The notes under the pieces are model-generated. The model saw only the letters and a program-made list of their open reading frames with translations, had not been told where the DNA came from and did not search any database. Both the position numbers and the translations under genes were made by a program. From Welwitschia mirabilis (taxonomy: Eukaryota), in assembly GCA_051453625.1 (NCBI GenBank), contig JBOZIK010000001.1, forward strand, positions 39,284,609 through 39,348,608: a stretch of DNA of 64,000 bases. Reading direction: 5' to 3'. Positions 55,335 to 64,000 of the stretch are shown piece by piece (position 1 is the first letter of the stretch; each line of letters opens with the position of its first letter).

Positions 55335-56250
55335 TTAAATGACATTTGCAAATGGTAATAATGGCAGGTTCTAGCTTTTTTACCTTGTTGGTTTCCTCTT
55401 TCTTGGCCAATCACCTCTTTCCTTACCTCTATAAGGATATAATTTATTTTGAACATTAGAGTTATTACCTTGATTTTGATGTTGTTGTTCTTACATCCTT
55501 CCTCTTCCAACACTTCTCCCTCTTCCTTAGGGGGCTTCTTGACTAGTGGATGTAGTATCCTCAGTTTTACATGTTGTAGCTTGCAAATCTTCATCATTTT
55601 TTGAACACAACTCAAATTGCACTAAATGTCCTATTAATTCATCTAATGTCAAGGTATTTAAATCCAAAAAAATTTGCAAAGCAAATAACATTTGCTTGAA
55701 AGGCTTGGTTAGGAATCTAAGAATCTTTAATGCAAAATCATTATCACTTATGGCATAGAATAACATACTCATTTCCTTAACTAGACCCCTTATCTTTTGG
55801 ATGAAATCCTCAACATTATCTTTTTCCTTATCTTTGAAGTCTCATACTTTGTCCTAAAATTTTGCAGCTATATCTTCTTCACATTTTGACAGCCTTGATA
55901 AACAACATCCAAACCTTTCTTTATTTAAAGGCACTTGTATAATTAGCAATTCTCTTTACCTATTCATTGTCTGTACCAGTGAATACAACACTTACAACTT
56001 GACTTTCTTGCAAACAGAGTTTTTCAAATGCTTTTCTTTCTTCTTCTATATTAGTAGGCATTAAATCTGTATCTCTTTGTGTGTAATGCTATAATTCTTA
56101 TCCCTTCAAATATTGTTCATAATTAGCAACATCAAAAGTAAGAATCATATCCTTTTTCATCTTAACAACAAAAACCTCTTTCCCTTTAATCTAAGGTTGA
56201 TTTGATGTTGAAGGTCTGTTGTTTTTCTCTTTGCTACCAATCTTTGTCAT
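55335..56250 (-). pseudogene. gag: Isolated copia gag remnant
   Basis: KILRFLTKPFKQMLFALQIFLDLNTLTLDELIGHLVQFE (UBN2-type gag) and a degenerate knuckle CHYYHL near 55345-55367. Confidence 0.75.
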
Positions 56251-58849
56251 AAGCCTTGATCTATAGGCTACAGTTTAACCTAAATGTGTAGTTAGACCCA
56301 AATAGCACCATAGGATTTGTTTGCTCTTGTTTAATAAGCAAAAGGGGGAAAAGCATTTTTAATGTTCAACCTTAACCTATAAGATGCAAATAAGCCCTTC
56401 CTTACACAAATGGTGATATATGAAAGTGATAATCATTAAAATATTGAACTCTTCATAGACATTTTGAGAATTATAAACTAAAAGTAACACATGAAATCCC
56501 TATTGTAAACTAGTGAGAGAGATCAACATTTTCTTGCTTTGATCAGAGACAATATCAAATGTAATTTTTTTTAAAATAAGGATTAATGAATAGTGTCCTA
56601 TCAACAATAATGTAACAAGTGACACAGTCAAGATAATTTGGTACCAAGGCCTGCTGTAAATTCAAGGGACTTCATACTACCCTTAGCACTATCTGAATCA
56701 ATAATTTGGTTACCTAATAATATTCGACACATCTATATACAATATTCAATACCCAAAAGTACTTTTTGTCAAAAAATACTGAAAGAGATTTGATCTCAGT
56801 ATTAAACCAATAAATGCGAATGGTCTATAACTACAATGTCAAACTGCAACTGTTATACATTCGTTTCTTAAAATGAATGTAATAAATCTTCTTCTGAGCA
56901 AAAACAGTCTGATAGAATAATCTTTTTCAAAAATTTTGATGCAAGAATGATAGAAACGTAACTATTCAGAGAGAAGCTAAACATAAGAATTATACATCTA
57001 CAGGTGAACTGGCATCGCTGGCGTTAAGGATCCTTCAAAAATCTCCCATGGAAACTACCCTTCAAATAGAATCGAATTTGCCTTCAGTCATTATAAGTGC
57101 TTTCAGTCTTCCTCCTCCTGTGTTCAAAAACATAGATCTGGTTCTAACAGATATGCTGCATCTTTTAAAAATCTAAATTTGGTTCTCTCAGTGTTTGATT
57201 TGTGCCAGGTAGTGGTACTTCTTCGTCTCTCTGTTCTTCACACAAACTGCCCCCTTTTACATGTTGAGTTCTCTTTTAACAATATTTTCATGAAAACCTG
57301 CCGCTTCCTTTTATATGGACACATTTTCAAGAATGAAATGGATAGATAGAAGCAATCAACGCTTCAATAGGGATTCAAAAGGGAGGATAAAACGTTTGCA
57401 GAAAAAGATACAAATAATGACTAAGAATGAAGAACAGCAAATGACTGAATTCAGAAGGATGTGCTTCAGCGTTGCAGCAAAGACCATGACAATCACTGGT
57501 GAGAAAAACGACGAAGGGTATGGTTTTTGACGAGGAATATGTTTCACAACCATCAAACCGCCAGCCCGACTCCACGTTAGATCAAGAGTGGACGATAGCA
57601 TAATGCCACCTTGTCATTTCAAGAGAGTTTATTCCAGCAATGAGAAAAATGATGACTCATATGGCGTGCAAAATATTTGTTGTTGGCCATTCTGGAAATC
57701 TTATTCAAAACGTTTGACCTGAGACTAACTAGTTTAATGGGTTACTTAGTTACTGCGAATGCTGTTAACATGTTTTTGATGTCTTAACAAAACAGCTGGG
57801 TTTCTTGTCATCGCTGGAGATGATGCTATTGCATGGTGTGCGAAAATTACAAACACTTACTGAAACGTTAAACAACTTTTGAAGGTTTTCACAAAGGTGG
57901 CTGATCAGAGATGTTTCAGTTTGCAGAGTAACTACTGACAATGTTCCTGCCTCCATGAATAACTGGTTCAAAGCCTAATATCGTGATCTAGCAAACCATC
58001 CTTTTAACACAACTGCTTGATTAGTTTAAAAGCCGTTCTTTAACTCATAATAAGAGAGAAGGCTTCACTGGTAAATCATTGGAGTGCCATAGCATATTAA
58101 TTCCAATGCTTTTCTACCAAAGAATTGTTCTTTGAATGTATAGGAGTTATGGAATTATTCTGACATGAAGAGTATAACTGAAAGTACGAAACGAAAAATC
58201 AACACAACATTGCTGGCAATTTCAATTATGCCTTACGCATTAAAAATAACAAAGATTCGAGGCCCCACAAAATTTTGCATGCTTTGAGAACAGGGTAACC
58301 ACCTTTTGCATGTCTATCTTTATCATTAAGGATGCTTCATCATATTTTAATGTAACTATTTGAAATATTAATACAATAATAAATGGCCTTTAACAGGGCA
58401 ATGGGTGCATGAATTAAAGCATGGACTTTTGTGTAATATAGATATAGACCTTCCAATAAAGCATTATTTTTCCATTCTAGTAGAATAATGCAATAATAAC
58501 ATATTGATTGCCAAGTTTGCAAGGTGAACCAACCAAGTTCATTTTGACCACAAATGAAAGAGTGAATTTGGGCTCACTTTGAATTGTTTGCCAAGCTTAT
58601 CGGAACAGAGCTACCTAGCACTATTGCTAGTTTTCACTAGATGGGGTTTCCAAAAAATGAAAAAGAAAAAACTTGCTCTTTCAGGTTTTCGAGGAAAAAA
58701 ACAATGGGATGCATAGTCCTGATTACATATGAGTGAGTTGAATCACTCAACTCAATAACTACATTTGCATAGGTGGGTTAAGCCACCAAATGCAACTTGT
58801 CGAACTAAGACTATGACCAACAATGGCATGCAACCTATCGAAGTAGAGC

Positions 58850-61800
58850 TTTTAGTTTTGACATTCATTGAAGACATAAACCAGATAATAAGATAGATAT
58901 CTTTTCAATTTAGTTTGTTCTTTGGATAAGAAGTCTTGATTATTTAAAAACTAAGTCACACCATCATGTTGTGGAGTTATGATACTTAGCTAATCACTTA
59001 TCATAGTAACAGATATCTTACAAAAAGAAATTAAAAAGACTCAACCTTATTTTTTTCTTAGATAAGTAATGAATCCTTCATGCAGCTTTAAGAAGTTCTT
59101 TCTTATCATTATTACTTAACCACATGAAATCATGAAGTAAGTATTCACTTTATTTTCAACTTAAAGTAGTAAGAACCCAATCAAAGCAATGACAGTTATG
59201 AATATCAAACGAAATATTTTTGCACTAAGTATTTCCTACTCATGCTGAGCTTTTTAGCTTTTCATTTATCTACTTGGAAATCTAGTTTATTAATAGTAAA
59301 TTCCTATAGTTGCTTATAAATCCCTTTAAAGGAAAAGTGAATTCCAAGAATTTGATCATTGCATTATCTTATATTATGTTTCATGATTTAGAAAGAAGTC
59401 ATGTATAACTTAAAAAAAACACTGAATACTCTTCCTAATTGATCTTCAAACTAAAGAGAGAATAAACATAAATCTTAGAGAGAAGCTTCTTAATTACAAC
59501 TTAAACATTATTAATAGGAAAAAGGAATCCATCTTTGAAGTGCATGTTGATACATTAATTTGGATTTTCACTAATAGGAATATCATGAATAATATTATGG
59601 TACTCGTCCTTTTGAATGGCATAGCATAAAAGGACTGCTACAATTATAAAAGGGTAATAAGCTAAAGAGCATCCTCTCCTTATAGATCTTTTAATAGGGA
59701 AGGTGAAACTAACACCTCTTGCAATGGAAAAACAAGCACCTCTTGCAATGAAAAAACAAGCATTTGCATTTCTGAATAAACTATTTATCATGTGAATAAA
59801 GTTTCATAGAATTCTACCATAAATTTTGCATAATCAAATTTAGTGAAGACAATATTTTGATTACCATCCTTTATCCATGCTAAATCTTATCAAGAAGATA
59901 CGACATTATTGAGAATGTATCTAGCTTTGAAAACCACTCTACTATATAGAAATAATATCAAGTAGGAGAGCTTTCAACATGTTAGCTAAATGCTTAGCTA
60001 AAATTTATAAGGGACATTAAGTAACGTAATTAATATTCAATTAGAAACGACGTCATATGATATTAGAAAAAGATGATTGATATCTTAATTAGGCTTCTCC
60101 TTGAATACCTTAAAGTAGCCTTTTACAATAATATCCCAATGGATTTTATAAAATTCTAAAACAAACCAATCATTCCTAAAGCCTTACAAATAGTCATATT
60201 AAACGAAGATACTTTTAACTCATGCTTTATGATATCTTTCCCCAAAATTTGATGATGCTCTTCTAAAACATCTTGTGGAATGAAGTTAGCATTTTAGTTA
60301 AAGAGATATTGTTGAAAACCATTTACTTTAAATACCTAGGTAAAATTCATGATAAATTAACTAAGAATGACTTGAGTATTAGAGTATAAACTATTATTAG
60401 ATTTAAGTTTGTCTAATTAAGAACATCTCTTAAGGCACTTAAAAATTTCTTTACGATTAACAGCATGAATATTAAGCTAAGAAATTTTTATTCTCATACT
60501 AGCATTTTTGACAAAGTATATTTATAGTAATTTTAAAAACTCTTAATTTTGAAAATGACTTACATAGATGAAGATTAAAAAGAGCTTGTTCTGTAATAAC
60601 AAAGTGACATACATTGTTAAGTGTCTAAATATATGTCTCTTGCTTTTATAGCCATTTATCTACCAAAATTTCTAGACTAATTCTAGATATAAAACAGAAC
60701 ATATACAATCCATCCAATATTACCACTTAGATAAGTCTTTACATTCCATAAAATATGCAAAGTAGTTATGCCTAATTTAGAATTATATGCATTTCCATGT
60801 AATCTAAAGGGAGAAGAATGATTTGACTTAGATAAATGCTTGAAGTTAATTTGTAACTGTTATAATGATTTGATAATAAGAAAGTATTACATACTTTAAC
60901 CAAAACATTTTGATATTGAAAAGAGATAAAAGGAAAATAGCCACTATTAAGCTATTAAAGAACATAATCATGTCCTTACAGAAAAATTGATTAAAGATAA
61001 AAAGAACTTTTCAGAAAAAGTCTAACATTACTAAAGACAATTAATAAGACAAAACTACCCTTTAAGAGAAATGCAAAAACGTTTTTTAAAGGAATCTCTC
61101 CAAAAAAAGAATCCTCTAATCTTATCAAATAAATTATCTATCATATTAACGTCTCCACATAGGATCCAAGGAACATTCAAAAGAAACTAGGCAAACTCTA
61201 GTAGAATGTGGCTAGTTAGAAGTATCATTTGAAGCATAAATAAAGCATATTCTAAAAAATTCATGAGGGGAAGAAAGAAGAATTTAATTACATCTGCATA
61301 AAAAATCATAACTACTTTGAACTACTTTAAAGTGTTGACATGAGTGAAGAGTGATAGAAGAATCACCTTGACTAATCTAATGTGTTGTGGTAAATGTAAT
61401 ATTATTTTTACTAAATAGCTTTCTAACAAAAGTTATTTCTTTTTGAAATATTTTAAAATCTTGTAAAAATGTAAAACAAGGATATAAGAGATGCTACTAA
61501 ACGAAATCCCTAGTTCCCCTTCTTTAAAGGCTATATAGTCCTTGGACGTTAGAAGAATATTTAATCATAGGCACATGAGGAAAGAGGTTTTTGCTTCATC
61601 AAATAAATCAACCATTAGTTTTTAGTTAAGCTCCATGTAATTATTATAATTTTCTTCTAAACACTAAAATTGATTAGAGGCATCAATGTTGCCCTCTGTT
61701 ACTTTTATAATAAAAGAAGTGCTTCCATTAAAAAACTTAGTTTTCTTTGAAGGTCTTCAAATGGAACTATTTATGTGATTCCACTCTTTTGAAGTCTTCT

Positions 61801-62150
61801 ACACNNNNNNNNNNATTTTTAAAAGCATCATTTGAAACAAGAGCATATGCATGTTGGAGGACTAGAGACTTCATGAAAAATGAAGCATTAACTTTTAATA
61901 TTTTACTAGATGAATAACATTGAATATTTTGAGGTTGCATGTTTTTGATTGTCCAATAAAATATTTTAACCAAAAATGAATTCTAAAATAGAAGAAATTT
62001 AATCCTTATTCTTATTTAGTTCATTAGTAGATTTCTTCTATTGCAAGAGAGGACCATGATTAAATAAGTAACCTTCTCTATGATAATAGTTGTAAGAACT
62101 CTAAAGATTAAAGTAAATAACCTATTATTGATGGGTAGCAAGGCTAGGTT
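58850..62150 (-). mobile_element. L1-type LINE ORF2 remnant (endonuclease plus RT)
   Basis: Minus-strand motifs: EDFKRVE (GDFN-like, ~61780-61800), KALG...EFYKIHWDII (~60128-60190), N*ILITLLNVPYK (NWRPITLLN-like, ~60003-60043), ARYILNNV and TKFDYAK (~59822-59930), FPIKRSIRRGCSLAYYPFII (RGxRQGCPLxPYLF-like). Confidence 0.8.
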
Positions 62151-62889
62151 TAAGGGAGAAAACTTTCTCTCTATTATGAAAATCTATATTGATGAAGTAC
62201 CTTGATCTAGTTCTGAGCAAGGAATGAAAGTTTTAAATGTTAATAATTGATTTAAGGATCTTAGGCTCGAATTTCTTAACAATAAGAGGCAAATATAATA
62301 ACTTCACAAAACAAAGCGCATGTTAGTGTATCAAAGCATTAACATATAAGATTCGTTTCCATTATTAAACTATTAAAATAACATCATGATGAACCAAAAC
62401 AAAGGGAAAAAAGGAAATAGCTTTCTCTATGATAGAGGTTTCAAAGAACTTAAGCTAGAGAATATTCCAAGCAAAATATTTTGCATGCAACACTATAGTA
62501 TCATAATGCGATAAAACCAAATTAATCCATTTCAAGAAAAATGTCGATATCAAAAGATAATCTAATATTTATAAGAAAATATACCATGAAAATAAATCAG
62601 TAGCATGTTAAATAAATCATTAACATAAAATCAAAATCTGTACCTGCCATTCTGCCTTTGGAATTATGGTGAGGCACCTTGAGAGCCATATTTAATAGTG
62701 TATTTAAATCCTTCAAATAGAAGGTGAGATTATTGTAAAGTTTAGAACACTTAAGTGATTGTAATCATAAAAAATCCTCTCTAAGTTGCATCATTAAATC
62801 TTTTCAATTACCTAAAAAAAGGGGGGAAAACAAGAAGTAACTCCTTGATTCGTGTCATCAAATCTTTGCAATTATAAAAACTCTCTCTA

Positions 62890-63899
62890 GTTTATATCAT
62901 TAAATGTTTTATACAATTCTACCATAAGTTTTGCATAATCAAGTTTAGTAAAGGCAATATTTTGATTACCATCCTTTGTCCATGCTAAATCGTATCAAAA
63001 AGATAAACATTATTAAGCATGTATCTAGCTTTAAGAATCACTCTACTAAATAGAAATAATATCAAGTATAAAAGTCTTTAACATGTTAGCCAAACACTTA
63101 GCTAAAATTTATAAGGAACATTAAGTAATGTAATCAATATTCAATTAGAAATGGCACCATTTGAGATTAGCAAAAGATGATTAATACCTTAATTATGCTT
63201 CTTCTTGAACTGCCTTAAAGTAGTGTTTTACAATAATATCCTAAAGGATTTTATAAAACTCAATAAAAATTAATCATTCCTAAAGCCTTACAATTAGTCG
63301 TATTAAATCAAGACACTTTTAACTTATGCCATATGATATCTTTCTTCAAGATTTAATAATGGTCTTCTAAAACTTCTTGTGAAATGTAGTTAGGATTTTA
63401 GTCAAAGAGATATTGATCAAAACCATCTAATTTAAATAGTTTTGTAAAATTCATGATAAATTAACTGAGAATGACTTGAGGATTAAACAATCATTACATT
63501 TAAGTTTGTCTAATTAAGGAGAAGTAGAACTTTTCTTATTACACTTAATTTTTTTTTCGATTAAAACCATAAATATTAAGCTAAGAAATTTTGCTTTCAT
63601 AGTGTCACTTTTAATAAAGTAGATTTCTAGGAATTTAAAAAACTCTAAATTTTTGAAAACTATTTATGAAGATTAAGATTAAAAATATCTTATTCTATAA
63701 TAACAAAAATCAATGACGTACATTGTCAAGTGTTTAAATATAGTTCTCTTGCTTTTATAGCCATTTGTTAAGTAACATTTCTAGAATGATTTTAGATATA
63801 AAATACAACATAGATCCATTATGCAATCCATCCAATATTGCTAGTTAGATAACTCTTTGCGTTCCATAAAATATAAAAAGTAGTTTTTCCTAATTCATA
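62890..63899 (-). mobile_element. Second, diverged copy of the same LINE ORF2 segment
   Basis: ~62917-63899 is colinear with ~59811-60780 (attctaccataa...gcataatcaa...); runs into the terminal gap. Confidence 0.8.
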
Positions 63900-64000
63900 N
63901 NNNNNNNNNNNNNNNNNNNNNNNNNNNNNNNNNNNNNNNNNNNNNNNNNNNNNNNNNNNNNNNNNNNNNNNNNNNNNNNNNNNNNNNNNNNNNNNNNNNA

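Noticed and set aside
53082..55758. Plus-strand ORFs 53082-53282 and 55546-55758
   Set aside because: Antisense shadows of minus-strand gag remnants.
57315..57971. Short ORFs on both strands as protein-coding genes
   Set aside because: 66-81 aa, mostly mutually overlapping, with no recognisable motif or supported splice structure.
59811..63899. Direct repeats as an LTR pair
   Set aside because: Both copies translate to LINE RT motifs on the minus strand; no TG...CA ends, PBS or PPT.

Overview
AT-rich eukaryotic (plant-type) scaffold segment with many N gaps, made almost entirely of nested, decayed transposable elements; I can support no intact host protein-coding gene. Three LTR retrotransposons have resolvable boundaries and matching 5-bp target-site duplications (TSDs). 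(1) A ~5.9-kb internally deleted Athila/Tat-type element, 7892-13751 (+, TSD TACTA), inserted into a SIRE-like LTR. (2) A Ty1/copia element with ~172-bp LTRs, 28481-38797 (+, TSD GATTA), that splits a 10-bp-periodic satellite, carries nested insertions, and has a ~3-kb leader containing a GC-rich island and a decayed tRNA-like Pol III cassette. (3) A SIRE/Maximus-type copia element with an env-like ORF and multiple polypurine tracts (PPTs), 43096-54994 (-, TSD ACTTT). Also present: other gag remnants, two adjacent L1-type LINE ORF2 remnants (-), a 52-bp minisatellite with a palindromic core, a long (TG)n tract and one low-copy-looking island (~56.6-58.3 kb). Most 100-N gaps are flanked by diverged direct duplicates, suggesting two haplotypes or homeologs placed in tandem by the assembly; one pair differs by an LTR insertion. 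All alignments and translations were done by eye, so boundaries without a TSD are approximate.
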